Assembly (NCBI RefSeq): GCF_009914755.1
Contig: NC_060942.1
DNA length: 64,000 bases
Reading direction: 5' to 3' (one strand)
Origin: the human T2T-CHM13v2.0 reference genome, Homo sapiens
A program made the translations under genes and the position numbers. Shown piece by piece: positions 29,066-45,241 of the stretch. Position 1 is the first letter of the stretch. Each line of letters starts with the position of its first letter. Under the pieces are notes generated by a model that was not told where the DNA came from, ran no database searches, and was given only the letters and a program-made list of their open reading frames with translations.

Positions 29066-31530
29066 GGGGGCCTTTATAAACACTGCAGGCTAATCGTTCA
29101 AAGCGCTTACTGAAAAGAAGCACTCCCAGTGCTTAAAAGAGGTATCTAGATATTTTTCAGAACTATTTCAGGTAGTACAACAGCCTGAAAGGCCAATGCC
29201 AAGCTGTCTGACTGCCCCCCTGGCTTCCTGCTGCGGGGGTGCTCCTGCCAGCCGCTGCATTTTAGATCTCTGTATAATGCATTGGGCGGGGATGAGGGGG
29301 GTCTTGCTTGGCTAACACAATGATGCACGCGAGACAGGCCTGTAGATAGAAACTCAGGAACCTCGCCCTGGAGCTAGTGACACCACCCTATTTGCCTGGG
29401 GCTGACTTTATGTCTTTGGAAACCCACATCCTTTAGGAAGTTGTATGAACACACACTCACCAGCTGCTTTAAACACATTTGGAGTTGTGCACCTCCTGTG
29501 TTCATCTTGGAATTGAACTCAACAGAATCTTGGTTAAATGTCATTCTTTGGCTTTAACCCGGGTCACTCTTTCCCAGGCACGGGGTCATGAAAGGTGCAT
29601 GGGAGGATCCGGACCCTTTGCGCCCAGCATGCTTTGCTTGCGATCACCTCCACATCGCCCTTCGGAGGAAAGCGGCAGCTGGTCAGGCTCCTCTGAGACC
29701 TTTCAGGAGAGCCCTGAGAGGTGAGGTGAGGACGAATGATAAGGAACTGAGGCCACCGTGAGCAAGAAGATATAGATGGCAGGAACAGTAAGGGCTGTTC
29801 ATTTTACTTGTTGGGGTTTGTCCCCTACTTGTTCTGGTATTTACATAGTTTCACGTCTCTATAAATCTGATAAGAAAGTGCAAAAAAAATTGTTTCCTGA
29901 TCTCCTTTTAAATTAAAAAAAAGCTTCTGTAAGCATGATACCCAAAATAGTTGGATTCACTCCCATAAAATTTTATAGTGTTATCACATATCTAATTTAA
30001 TCAAAAGTACTTTTGCATAAAGTAGAGAACCATTGAAAAAGAAAGAAAAGCACACAACAGGACTCCAGTGCAGCCAAAGGTGTGATCCTAAGCTGGGAGC
30101 TTCAGAGTCCCACAGTGCTGAGGAGGGGAGGGCGGGGAGATGTGGTCCTGGTTGCAACTGAGAGAGGAGGCTCAGGAGAAAAATGTCAGAGACACTGGGC
30201 CTGGTTTTCCATTAGCCTGTGAAAAGCAGAGTGAGGAGGGTGCCTACTGTGACTGCCAGGGCCCTCACCCCTCTCATCTGAACTGTGGCCACCATAGCCA
30301 CTAGCCATGAGAGACACCTGCCGGCCAAGAAGCCACCTCCTCTCTGCCTCACTGGGATTGGGACTGGGCCACTCCCAAATCAACAGCTCCAGCTTTCCCA
30401 GCTGTGCATGAGCCTGGATGGGCCACCATCTGGCCACAGCTGCCAGGTTCCGGAGTTCACGGAGCAGAGGGGACAGGCTTCGAAATTCCTAAATGACATT
30501 AGAGTGACAGGGCAGGGCCACAGTGAGGCTAAGCTTGGCACAGATTGGGTCTGCCTCTGGGCTCTGCCCCTGGCTTGCTGTGTGGCTTGTTTCCGAGTCT
30601 GGAAAATGAGGACAATGGTACTGTGTAATGGAGTCAAACAAGGTCACAGGGAGACAGTCCCAACACAGTGCCCGGCCTAAGGTGGCTCGCTCAAAGCTAG
30701 CTCCCTCTCCAGCCCTGGCCAGGAAAGGGTGGGGGGCCGGGGCATCTTCTTCCTGGGGGAGACGCCTCTGAGCTCAATTTTGAAAGCGAATTAGAAGTCT
30801 GCCTTAGCAGACAAGGGAGAGGGCAGCTGAGTCACGGAGAAGAACTTGTGCAAAGGCCCCGAGTTTCAAAGTAGCCCTGTGTGTTCAGAGAACCAGAAAC
30901 AGCCCCTGGGAGGAGAGGGCACAGTTGAAGCAAGCACCTACTGACAGGCTGGGCTGCGCTATTCGAAATGCCGTTTTGGGTGTCTCCATTGTACTTACAC
31001 GCTTCCTACCCGGCCTGGCCAAATCAACCTTTGCCCGGAAGCCAGTCCCACCCCTAAGTGGAATTCTTGTCTTCCTCTCCTACCCCAGTGCTCATTAAAT
31101 CATGGCCATGTGAGTGCATCACTGGGCCAGGTCCCCACAGCACCGTGTTTAACACAAACTGTGCCTCATCGATGAAATACAAATCTATACGAGATTTGCC
31201 CCTGTGAATTTGGAGGGCGATTCCAAACAGGAGTTGTGAGACATTTAGAACAATGGTATAACTTTGAATTTGGCATCCAGCTCATGGATTTTGGAAGGAA
31301 ACGTTCATTTTGGCTGTTTTTCTGAAGATCAGCACATTGACTTGTAAACCTGCCTCCCTGACGCCTGCTTCTTGCGGCGACACTGGGTGTCAGAAAGGGC
31401 AGAAAGTGCAGCAGGTGACAAAAGCCCTGACCAGACCTGCCAGCTTCCACAGGTAAGGTCTTGGGTTTATAACCTAACTTTTCAGTATCCCAGTCACCGC
31501 GCTTGTCCTAAGAGAGCATTAAAACGCACA

Positions 31531-31878
31531 CAGCTCTTCCTCAACTTAAAATGGATGATACCCCAACAACCCCAGAGTAAGTTGAAAATGCGTTTCATAC
31601 ACCTAACGCACTGAGCATCATCGCTTAGCCCAGCCTACCTTAAACATGCTCAGAACACTTACGTCAGCCTATGGCAGGGCAAAATCATCTCATACAAAGC
31701 CTATGTAAAATAAAGTGTTGACTATCTCACGTAATTTATTGAAAACTGCCTTGAAAGTGAAAAGCAGAACGGTTGCATGGATCCTCAAAGTGCAGTTTCT
31801 ACTGAATGCATCTCACTTTCACCCTGTCATAAAGTTGAAAAATCATAAGTGAAATCATTAAAAGTCAGGGACCGTCTG
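31531..31878 (+). mobile_element. MER47A-like TcMar-Tigger element
   Basis: cagctcttcctcaactta...gcttagcccagcctaccttaaacatgctcagaacacttac...aagtcagggaccgtctg|TA. Confidence 0.85.
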
Positions 31879-32132
31879 TATACAAGTGTGGTTATGGCAC
31901 AGATATTCCTTGATATCCTTTACAATGAAGTATTTTTGGCGTTTCAGTTCCTACTCTTCTTATGTAGAGTGCAAAATTCGTCTCCCATGGCTTACCAGTG
32001 TTAAAGTAAGTCTGCAGCATTGTTCTGCATGTCTGTGCCTGCTAAGCACAGAAAAAGATTTCATCCAGCCTTTTAAAAAAAAACAGTCAACTTAATGTAC
32101 AAATTGCAAGTTTGAATTTAAAATTTTCATCG

Positions 32133-32399
32133 GGCCAGGCACAGTGGATCATGCCCGTAATCCGAGCAGTTTGGGAAGCTGAGGCAGGAGGATCACTTGA
32201 GCCCAGGAATTCAAGACCAGCCTGGGTGGGCAACATGGCAAGACCCCTGTCTCTACAAAAATTAAAAAAAAAAAAAAATTAGCTGGGCCACACTTATAGT
32301 CCCAGCTACTTGGGAGACTGAGACAGGAGGATTGCTTGAGGCTGGGAGGTAGAGGCTGCAGTGAGCCACCCTGTCTCAAGAAAACAAACAAAAACTCCA
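32133..32399 (+). mobile_element. Alu (AluJ-type, internally deleted)
   Basis: Alu body with TSD aaaa(t/c)tttcatc at 32120-32131 and 32400-32411. Confidence 0.9.
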
Positions 32400-33424
32400 A
32401 AAACTTTCATCATGTTAAAGATAATAGTAGAATCATTTTATTAGCAGCATGTCCTGTTGAAATAGCTGGGTTTTTTTTTAACTCAATAGAAGTTGTTTAT
32501 GCAGGTCCATTTTAAAAATCAGTCTTTCTCAGACTCCTTCTGTGCGTAGGAGGAGTTCCTAAGGCCAGCTTAAAGACAGGTACATTTTTGTACCCAAATG
32601 TGTGCGCATATAAAATCCACAGGTATTGGAGTTGAAAATAAACTGAAAAAAACAAGTTAAAGTCTCATTGCAGCTAACTCTAGTGTGCTTTTAAAATTTA
32701 ATAACATTTGCAGTGGATTTGTGCTTCTCATGGATGTGAAAATATCTACATTGATGCACATTCCCATCAAATCAGCCCCAGCTTTGGTAAGCAGCACTCT
32801 TTGCAATCATTGCTTAGTATGTCTCTAATTTATGTCATGGTTCTCAGGCAAAAACAAAACCTGTCCACTCTAGTCTAGAAAAACTGTTGATAAGGTCCCA
32901 GAGGTCATGTCTGAGGGCCGGGTTTCCTTTTGTGTGTTTGTTTTTAAGGAGCATTAAGCTCCTAGGCAGTTAGCAACATTCAGACTTCACAGTGGTATTC
33001 CTTCCCGAAGTAGCTATGCTGTGCTTTGCAGAATCTCAGCTCAGTTAGCTCGTCCACTGTGTAACCGCTCCCTACTTTAGGAATGTGGCCGAGCATTCAG
33101 GCAGAGCCATTCGCTGCTGAGAAATCTCTCTGGATATGAGCCCTGGATGCTGTAGTCCCATTGGGACCTTGACAGTTTCTATCACAGCAGCAAAGAAAGA
33201 TAAGCCTGCCCTATTAAAACCGAATCTCTAATGTAGACAACTACATGAAATTCCATCAAGACCTAACTAGCCAAAAGGCAGTTAAGCCTTCAGGACAACA
33301 GAGTCTGTGGGAATATCTTTGACATGCTTTGAAAATGATTTGCTATGGAAGGGTTAAGTATACGAGTTGTTATGTAGGGTTTCCATTATTAGAGAAGCCA
33401 CTTACTGTCACGTCATTGCTACCA

Positions 33425-33610
33425 TCAGACTACACAGAGTCATGTCCTGGCTCCTCACCATATTCACCGTGTGAAGCAGGGCAAGTCACTTCACCTCCCT
33501 GGGGCTCAGTTTTGCCATCTGTAAAATGGGGATACTAAAAGCAAATACTTCATAGAGGTTGTTGAGGGAATTCAGTGAAATAAGCCCCACGAAACAATTC
33601 GCACAGTGCC
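33425..33610 (+). mobile_element. MIR
   Basis: gggcaagtcacttcacctc...ctcagttttgccatctgtaaaatgggga. Confidence 0.85.
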
Positions 33611-35179
33611 TTCCCAGAGGAAGAGTCAACAGGCAGCAGCCCACATCTTCAGCCTCTGTGTGAAGAGCTCAGCCTGCAGAATGAATGAGAAGCCAGGTGT
33701 ATCAGTGATCCAGCACCAAGCTAGCTCCCCAGCTGGCTGGGCCTGCTGACACAGCCCACTAGAAAAGCGGGCCTCCAGAGATCTGAGTGCACCTATTTCT
33801 TGATTACAGTGTGTTGTTCCTATTAAAGCTGCCATTAAGAGGAGCCCTAGAGTCTGACCAGGAAAATCCAAGCTGGAAGACCAGGGGCTCAATTCCTTTG
33901 GAACAATTCAGGTTGGCTCTTCTAGAAACTTGTCAGGGGGGTGTGGTTGGCTAGAGGGGAACCTCCCTGGGGAGGTGGAGTGTGGGCTTGGGGAGAACAT
34001 GGAGACCTCTGACCCCCATCCCCTGACTCGTCCCTAAGCTTTTTCCTCTGATTCCTTTATCCTACAGGTGGGTTCACCCCTGCCAGGCCAGCAACGCCCC
34101 CCGCCAGGCGAGAGCCTGGGAACACTGGCAGCCCCCGCTACTGGGGGTGGGGAATCCACCACAACTCCCTGGGCGCTGCCAGAAAGTCTCCCTTCAGCTC
34201 AGCTGGCAAAGTGGTTTCTTCTGTGCTCTGGTATTCAGAGTGAAAGCTAATGAGAGTCTGGAGGCCCATCAGGAAAATAACAACCAGTTTTATTATTACG
34301 GATAAAAGCCAGGCAGAATGAATTGGAAAGTGCCAGGGGAGCGGAGACAGAGGCTCAATTCAGTTCAAGTCCTCGGAAGCCACAATGCCAACCTCTACTT
34401 GGCAACTCAGCCCAGCAGAGTTGGGATTGTGAAGATTGGGGTCGTATTTAAACCCTGTCCTGAGAGTGTCCTGGGTAAAATTTGAGCCAGGGCACTGTGT
34501 GGATCTCGCATCAACACATCCAGGATGAAAACGGTAGAAAAGGAAGTGGCAGGAAGACAGGGGGAGAAAGAGTTCTGAGAATGTGTAAAGAGTAAGGAAC
34601 TCAAACAGGGCCTGTGGCAAAGTCTGCTCCCCCACAAACCAGTTCGTGGAGACAGCGTCACATCGACACCTAGGGAGATGGATGTGGCCTCCGACATCGT
34701 TCTTTTGGCAATAGGAAAGACTGCCAAACCTTCGATCTTCAGGGGCAGAACCAACCTCTCCAGCTTTATGTCTGACTAGAAATGATTCCATATGGCTGCC
34801 ATTGAAGATATATTGGTAAAGCCTCTAAACAGAATTGGTTTTAATTCATGACCTGGAATGCTGGGAAAGTCATGATTAGCAATTACTTAAATTATACTAG
34901 ACGATTTAATTTCCATTATTAAGCCTTTCCTCACTTAACCAAAGGTAAATGAAAAATGGCATTCGTTTTCTATCTTAATCTAAAGGATTACTACATTAAA
35001 TTTGTAAATAGGTATTCCCCTCTAGTTAAACCATCAATGTTTGTTTACTATAATTAGTCTATCAGCACTCCCTTCACAAAAAAAGAAAACCAGGGGGGAA
35101 AAATTTATAAATGAAAAGGACTTTTATGGGTTACTAAGAAAAATCAAAGAGCTCTTGCAACTTAAAACTTCATAAAACT

Positions 35180-35449
35180 GGCCCGGTGTGGTGGTTCACG
35201 CCTGTAATCCTAGCACTTTGGAAGGCCGAAGTGGGCGGATCGCCTGAGGTTGGGAGTTCGAGACGAGCCTGACCAACATGGACAAACCACCATCTCTATT
35301 AAAAATACAAAATTAGCCAGGCATGGTGGTGGAGGTTGCGGTGAGCCGAGATCACGCCATTGCACTTTAGCCTGGGAGACAAGAGCAAAACTCCATAAAA
35401 AAAAAAAAAAAAAAAAGAAAAAGAAAAAAAAAACCAAACCAACAACAAC
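35180..35449 (+). mobile_element. Alu (AluS-type) with right-arm deletion
   Basis: Junction ggcatggtggt|ggaggttgcgg lacks about 60 nt. Near-TSD aaaactt(ca/gc)taaaact. Confidence 0.9.
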
Positions 35450-35929
35450 AAAACTTGCTAAAACTTCAGTGTAACACTAGAAGGGGTCAATAGAATCTAT
35501 GAGTGACTCACCTATGTTCAATTCACGATGACACGATGACACGCGTCAGAATCAATTAGGAGCATAACTTGTCTTAGCTAGTATACCTGGCTCATTTTTT
35601 TAAAAAACAATTTCAATCTCACTTAAAAAATCATTTACTTTAAAAACTTTGTGGTCCCACATTTTGAAAATCTACAATCTCAAAAGGCCCACCCATATGT
35701 AAGCAACTGGACTGAAAACTTCCCATGTGTTTCTTGAAGATTTTTTAGAAAATAGATCTCTTTTCAAACCAAATGCTTAGATGGTCACTATTTTAGGAAA
35801 TGAATAATCGCTTAAGAAGTCATGTAAGAGTAGCTGCTACTATCTTCCCCTTTCTGGGATTTAGGGGACTCCCACCTTTACTGAAGTCTCCTTTGCGCCT
35901 GAAAGAACGGCTAGCCAAGTTTCCAATCA

Positions 35930-37150
<1,221 letters not shown>

Positions 37151-38279
37151 CTCGCCGCATCCCCTGCTCCACCCTCTCTACTTTTCTTTTTGCACTTTTT
37201 TCCCCCAAGAAGACCAGCTCCCCACTTAAACGAAATCCGGGTAGATTCAATCGCCTCTCTCTTTGGGGACTGATTCCTCAAGACTACATATCTTTAATTG
37301 TCACATTGCCCTCCCCCACCAACTTCTCTGAGAGGCCAGGTGCCCTTGCCCCCAGCGCTCTGTAGAGCGCACCCTCGCCCCAGGGGGCTGCAGCGTTGTC
37401 CCCCCCCCGTTTACCTCTCCACTAGAACCGCCCCCCTCTGAGTCTCACCCCAACTTGGGTTTTCTCCGGGCCCTCCCGGGAGTGAGATCCGGAGCATGCA
37501 GAGAGTCGGGGGTCGAGGACAGTCAGTAGGTTCTGGGACGACCCAGCCCTCCCCTTCCCACGGGCACCCCTGAATCAAACCCCCCGCCGTCTCCCAGGCT
37601 GCACAAACTCTCGGGCGTCCTTCTCAGGGCTGCAAAGATCTGCTCTCTGGAAACATCTCCGTTACCCCGGGGAGGAGAACACGTCCACCACGTGTGTCTA
37701 AGTCTATATTTATAGATTCGCAGTATCATCTGGGAGAGCAGGCATCCGTGTTCCCATCCCAATTGTTCTGTAAAGCAGGCTGGCCCTGGGCCCACAGGGC
37801 GTCCCTGGTTCTCACCAGCATCCCCCAACCCACCCAGGGATGCTTCTCACTCCCTGAACGCCTTTCCCCAGGATAGGGGGAGGCGGCGCCACCCCAGGGG
37901 AACTGTCACAGCTGAGGGGCTGTGAAAGCCGCCACGCCCGGGGCTCCTGCATTCACTGAACAAAAGCTTATTCAGTGCCCAGTACGTGCCAGCCCATCCC
38001 GGATCGCTCTCCCGCCTGCCCTGCGCCTGAATTTCACATGACCCGTTCCCGAGTTTAGAGATAATAGAAACATGCCCTGATCACTGCGTGCTGTGATTGT
38101 CCCACAGGAGCTGGCTTCTTGCCCTTGTCTCTTCTGCAACTCGCTGCTTTAACTTTGTTTTATGGCTGGCTCGGTGGTAGGAGTCCCCAGGAATGACCAA
38201 ACATCAGATGAACAAACCCTGAGCCCCAAGAAGCACTTCGGGCACATCACAAATATGCCCCGAATGCAACAGACCCTTG

Positions 38280-38362
38280 GGGTTTGGGTGTCACTCAATC
38301 AACAGCAGGGTTTGGGTGTCACTCAATCAACAGCAGGGTTTGGGTGTCACTCAATCAACAGC
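38280..38362. repeat. 28-bp tandem repeat, 3 copies
   Basis: gggtttgggtgtcactcaatcaacagca at 38280, 38308 and 38336 (last copy 27/28). Confidence 0.97.
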
Positions 38363-38549
38363 GGTAAGGCCAGGTGAAGCTCTCTCTGTGTGAAGCTTCC
38401 CCCCACCTCCATCCATCCCAGCACACGCCCAACCAGAAGTACCATATTTTCACAGGCTGGCTGTATGGAAACTGTGTTGTTTCATTTCAAAATAGGTGTG
38501 GAGCATAGAAAGCATCCTAGTAAAATACTGCATTAAACTCTCAATTCAA

Positions 38550-38823
38550 GGCCAAGCCTGCTGGCTCATGCCTGCAATCCCAGTGTTTTGGGAGGCCAAG
38601 GCAGAAGGATTGCTTGAGGCCAACAGTTTGAAACCAACCTGGGCAAAAAAAAAAAAAAGTTAGCAGGCATGGTGATGTGGGCTTGTAGTCCTAGCTGCTC
38701 TGGGGGCAGAGGCAGGAGACCTGCTTGAGCCCAGGAATTTGAAGCTGCAATGACTGTTATCACACCACTGCACTCTAGCCCGGACAACAGAACGAGTCCC
38801 TGTACCTAAAAGGAGAAAAAGAA
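38550..38823 (+). mobile_element. Alu (AluJ-type, diverged)
   Basis: ggctcatgcctgcaatcccag...ccactgcactctagcc. Confidence 0.88.
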
Positions 38824-39699
38824 ATCTCAACCTGATGTGAAGTTGTTTTCCTTTCCCAAGAATTGTATTTGGTGTGGGGAGGGGAGTGCAGGAATGGGAA
38901 GAATGAGATGAAGCAGTGTGACTACTTATCTTTTAAAACATAGGAACAGAAATTACAGGGGGGAAAGCAGAACTTGAAATCAAAATTAACCACATTCAGA
39001 TCTACATGGTGTTTTACTTTTGTGGGTTTTAAAAATCCGTTATGAAGCCCACTTCTTTTGGCATTTTATAAAGTATTCAGAAGAAAATAAACTTATAATC
39101 CCACAGTAAAGAAATCCTTTTCATATTCAGCACTGTTTTAACACAGAAGTGATGGTGCTCTCTAGCACAAGGTGGAGAGTGCAGCTTAGGTTGATACCAA
39201 AGGAAGTTTTGTTTATTTTGCAGTTTTGCCTAGGGCCCTGAAGCTGCCTAGTTTGTAAAGCTTATGAACTGTTTTGCACTGATTTAAGGTAATTAGGAAT
39301 TTTTGTAGGATATAGGCAGATATTTAGCATCAAGATGTTCTTTAGAACACAGTTTGTAATAGCAACATTGGAAGTAACCTACTGTGTGCCATGAGGACTG
39401 GTGAAATAAGCCTTAGTCCTCCGCTGGTGGGAAAATGATGCTGGCATAAAAACTGTGATGTGAGGTGTATGTGGGCAGGAAAGATATTACAGGAGAAATT
39501 TGCCGTTTCTCCTTGTCCTGCGCCTCTTCCCCTCCTCCTTGCACAGAGCTTCCTTGGGAAATCACACCCTCTCAAGCTCTGACCCCATCTGCAGTGCCAG
39601 CCCAGGGTGGGCTCCCGATCCCTGGGCTGAGATCAGCTACTCATTCCCCAGTCACAGGGGCCAGTCAGGCAGCCCAGGCCCCAACACGCCAATCCCAGC

Positions 39700-39988
39700 C
39701 AAGCACGCAGGCTTCTCAGGCTTTTTCTGAACAGTTGGGAAAGAGAAGCTTTATTTGGGCTGAGATGGCCAGGCTCTGAGGATGTGGTGGCCAAGAGTCA
39801 CCACAAGGGGAGAATCTGCTGAAGGGGAGGCCAGCCCAGAGGAAGGGGGAGGAATGGAGAGGGACTTCTGAGGATGTCCTCCGAGTTCCCGACTTTCCAA
39901 TTACCCAAATGATACATTCTCTTCATGGCTTAAGCAAGTTCGGGTTGGGTTTCTGTCATTTACAATGGAAAGAGCCTTGACCAGTACA
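39700..39988 (+). mobile_element. Old MaLR LTR (MLT1J/K-like) 3' part
   Basis: Terminus gcttaagcaagttcgggttgggtttctgtcatttacaa...ccttgaccagtaca. Left boundary uncertain. Confidence 0.55.
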
Positions 39989-40476
39989 GATGTTCATGAT
40001 ATCATCGAGGGAAAAAGCAAGTTCCAAAACATTATGTTCCGTGTGATTCCATCGTACTTGTTTTTGTTTTTGTTTTGTTTTTAAAGCATACCATATCCTT
40101 AATGCAATGTACACACACACAAAATCTGAAAAGTGGTATGAAAATGTTGCTAGTGTTATCTCCAGGTAGAAGGATTGCAGGTGATTTTTATTTTATTCTT
40201 TTTGCTTACGTCAATTTTCTAATTTTATTTCAGATAAGCACATATTATTTGTGTAATAGTAAAGCCGTGTTATTAAAGAGAAGAATTACCCAAAGAGACT
40301 CAGTTATGGGAGTCCTGGCCTCCGCAGCTCTGGTCTCTGCAGCTGCTCCAATGAGCGGGACATAGGAAAGATACAGCCTCGGCCATACTGAACCACTTTG
40401 AAAGACTTATTGCTTCGTCTGCTGTGATCTCCCAGCCATGTTCATTTTTCTGTAATAAAGCTTAACTTGATAGGAG

Positions 40477-40620
40477 TTCATTCATTCATTCATGCATTCA
40501 TTCATTCATTCATTCAAAGCACTACTGAGCACCTCTATTTTGGTGTCGAAGATATAAAGATGGGAGAAAGTGGGCTCAGCCCTCCTTGGTGAGGGAGACC
40601 ATCAAGCAGCTCTCCAGTGG
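40477..40620 (-). mobile_element. L2 3' end with (TTCA)n tail
   Basis: (ttca)n followed by aagcactactgagcacct. Confidence 0.7.
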
Positions 40621-41008
40621 GTTCTGTGCAAAGGGAGATGCTGCGTGTCCGTCACTGTCTGTCCCTTCCACTATCCCTGCCCCATGGGGCTTTGCCAGAG
40701 CCAGGGCTGCTGCTGCTGCTGCCCTCACGAAGGCCAGTCCCAGGGCCACGGGTGAGGTCTTGCACTCCAAATGTCCATAAGGATCCCCAGAAGGACTCGG
40801 GTGAGAGCCATAGCAGAGGAACTGGAGTGGGCCAAGGCACAGGATCCTGTCATTTTTCTTTTTCTCCTGATGACTTTTCATCTCCTCATCTTGCAGGCCT
40901 GAGCGAGTCTCTCAACCATCTGCCCAGGAACTCAGGACAACAGCTCTTGCCCCTCCAACTCCTGCCTGTAGGATGAGAGGTTACATATTCTTGAACCTCA
41001 TGCCTCCT

Positions 41009-41367
41009 CTCTTTTCTTTTTTTCTTTTTCTTTTCCTTCCTTCCTTCCTTCCTTCCTTCCTTCCTTCCTTCCTTCCTTTCTTCCTTCCTTTCTTTCTTTC
41101 TCTTTCTCTTTTTTTTTTTGAGACAGGGTCTCGCTCTGTTGCCCAGGCTGGAGTACAGTGCTGTGATTATAGCTCACTGTGGCCTCCAACTCCTGGGTTC
41201 AAGCAATCCTCCTGCCTGGTTACAATAATTTTTTAAAATTTTATTTTTTGTAGAGATAGGGCTCAATGCGTTGTCCAGGCTGGTCTCAAACTCCTGGGCT
41301 CAAGCAATCCTCCTGCCTCTGCCTCCCATAGTTCTGGGGCTGCAGATGTGAGTCACTGTGCCTGGCC
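41009..41367 (-). mobile_element. Alu (AluJ-type) whose tail has expanded into (GGAA)n
   Basis: TSD catgcctcct at 40999-41008 and 41368-41377. (TTCC)11 at 41033-41076. Confidence 0.9.
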
Positions 41368-41449
41368 CATGCCTCCTTTATAAGGGCAGGGGGATCATAG
41401 CTCTTCCACACCTTAGGTCTTCAGACTACTGCTGGGTTATAGTCGTCAT

Positions 41450-41760
<311 letters not shown>

Positions 41761-41769
41761 ACTATCATT

Positions 41770-42550
41770 GTTTTTAAGCAGATTTATTGAGGTATAATTT
41801 GTATACCATGAAATTTCCTGAGTTTTAGGCATTCAATTCGGTGATTCTCAAGACATGTGCAGAGTTCTGCAGCCATCACCAACATTGTGTGGCTGTGGAA
41901 CGTCTCTATCATCCAGGAAGCTCCCTCCTGCTCACTTGCATTCCCTCCATGCTCCCACTTCCAGCCCCAGGCAACTGCTAATCAGTCTCTACAGCTGAGG
42001 TTTTTTGGACACTTCATATAAGCAGAATCATAGAGCAGGCATCTTTTGCACCTGGCTTCTTTCACTTAATGCTTTTCAGGGTCATCCGTCTTGCACCATG
42101 TATCACTACTTTGTTCATTTTGTGTTAAAAACAGCATTCCATTGCACTGTGTGAATACACCAGACAGTGTTATCCGCTCTTCAGTTGAAGGACATTTGAA
42201 TTGTTTCTACTTTTTGGCTATTGTACATAGTGCTGCTATTTGGCTATTGTACACTGTGTACACAGTGACACATATGCATGTGTCTTATGTGGACGTATGT
42301 TTTTATGTCTCTTCAATTCCTAGGAGTAGAATTGCTGAGTCTCATAGTACATATATGTTTTGCTTAAAAAAAAAAAAAAAACTGCCAACCTATTTTCCAA
42401 AGTGGTTGCACCATTTGACATTCCTATCAGCCACGTCTAAGGATTCCAGTTTCTCCATATCCTCATCAACACTTGTCATATTCCTTATAACCATCCTAGA
42501 GGGTGCACGGTGGTATTTCAGTCTGCATTTACATTGCATTTCCCTGTGAA
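41770..42550 (-). mobile_element. L1M 3' fragment
   Basis: tttattgaggtataattt...gaaggacatttgaattgtttc...ttttccaaagtggttgcacc. Confidence 0.85.
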
Positions 42551-44344
42551 GAGTCATAGCTTTTATTTTTGATAGCTAGAAGTCACCCTGCAATTTAAGT
42601 AATCATTCTTTCGTTGTCCTGCAGCTGGGTCCTTTTATGATAGAACCACATTTTAGGAATTTTAGTCCACATTCTCTCAACTTTGTGGCACTGCCTGGGT
42701 TGACCTAGTGGCAAGAGCCTGCACAAGAGGTGAGGAAAATACTGTTTGTCATGGAGTTATCAGGGGAGCTGCAGCCCAAGAACGTGGGGTGCCCCATCTT
42801 CATTGTGGGTGCCATGGGGATTCCAGCTCCCGGAGTACACATGAGCACAGTGTTATCCTTTGATCTTAGAACAACTACCATATTGATGAAGGCCCGGGAA
42901 GTGGAAAACTGAAGATGCTGAACGTTATTTGCTTGGCTGTTTTGAATGTCATACCTCTAGAACCACTCACTGGAGTCTTTGCTGTTCCGTTTTGCGATGC
43001 TTTTGTTGTTTGTTGAGGTTGGCTGGAAACCTTTTTACAAAATGAAGCACTTTGTTCCTTATAGGACTCAGCTTGGTTTGTAACCCTCTGGGATTTCCTA
43101 ACCACCCACAGTTGCACTGCATTCATTGGGACTAAGCTTTAGGAAATTCCTAACCGTTTTTTGGCCGCCCTTCTTGTATTTTCATTCCAACTGAGACACA
43201 GCTGCTGGTTGAGATTTCCCTCCAGTGCAAAGGGAGAGACAGGAGGAGTCCTACTGATGCTTGATGCTACTCCTTCCCGCCCTCACCCCCACGTACCCGG
43301 CACTGTCTTCAGGCAAGCGCATGAAGATTCCTGTCAAGCCCACTCTACTCAGGCGAAAGCACAACGCAGGGGAAAACATATCGTGCTGTTTGGCTTTGGA
43401 ACTCTCACACCAGGGTCCTTAGGAAAAAGTGACATCCTAGGATTTGTCATTTCTCTTTCAGCAAATAACGTGCAACTCTTGCAGAGAGCAGTGCTCCATT
43501 GTTAAGCCTGCCCAAAAGAGCCTGTAGCCTGACCTGCTCGCCTGACACGAAATCAGCACCGACTGGGTGGGTTCTTCTCAGCAGCAGACGGAAGAAGAAG
43601 GCTCTTTACTCTTTGGTGGGCCCAGGATGTTCACATCCAAAAAGCCATGGCTGCTTTGCCAAATAATCTCTTAAAGATTCTGATGGCTCTGAAGTTAGAT
43701 TCCCCTTACCAAAGGATCAGGTGGTTACTAAAGGTCAGCATATAAGAAGCCATAGAGTCACATCAGCACCATCTCCCTCACCCCCTTTAATCTCAGCTCT
43801 CCGGATGCTGGTGTAAGACAGCACTGGCTTCATCAGTGAAGACTGCACTATTGCATAGGAGAGTTGGTGGCAGCTGGCCCCACTCCCCAAAAAGGGCCTC
43901 ATAGCCTTTCTACTCTCAGACAACTTTTGCTCAAACCCAGTACTCCTGGGAGCCCTTAAATCCACCAATGAAAGCACAATCTACCTAGTAACCTCCTAAT
44001 ACAGAAAGCCAGGAAAATCCTTGGTTCCACCTCTCTCTCACACCCAACACCAGATTTTTAAAAATAGAATTTTTAAAAGCAGTTTTAGATTCACAACAAA
44101 ATTAAGAAGGTACAGAGATTTTCTATCTACTCCTGCCCCCTGGCAGGCACATCCTCCCCCACATCAACATCTCCCACCAGAGTGGTACATTTGCTACCAT
44201 CAATAAACTTACACTTGGCACGTCATTATCACCTGAAGTTCATAGTTCACATTAGGGTTCACTCTTGGTGCTCTACATGCTGTGAATTTGGATAAACATA
44301 TGACATGGATCCACCATTGTAAATACAAGGCAAACATAAACATA

Positions 44345-45241
<897 letters not shown>

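Noticed and set aside
30826-30835. Isolated ARE/AP-1 motif GCTGAGTCAC in intron 1
   Set aside because: A single short motif without clustering; plausible by chance.
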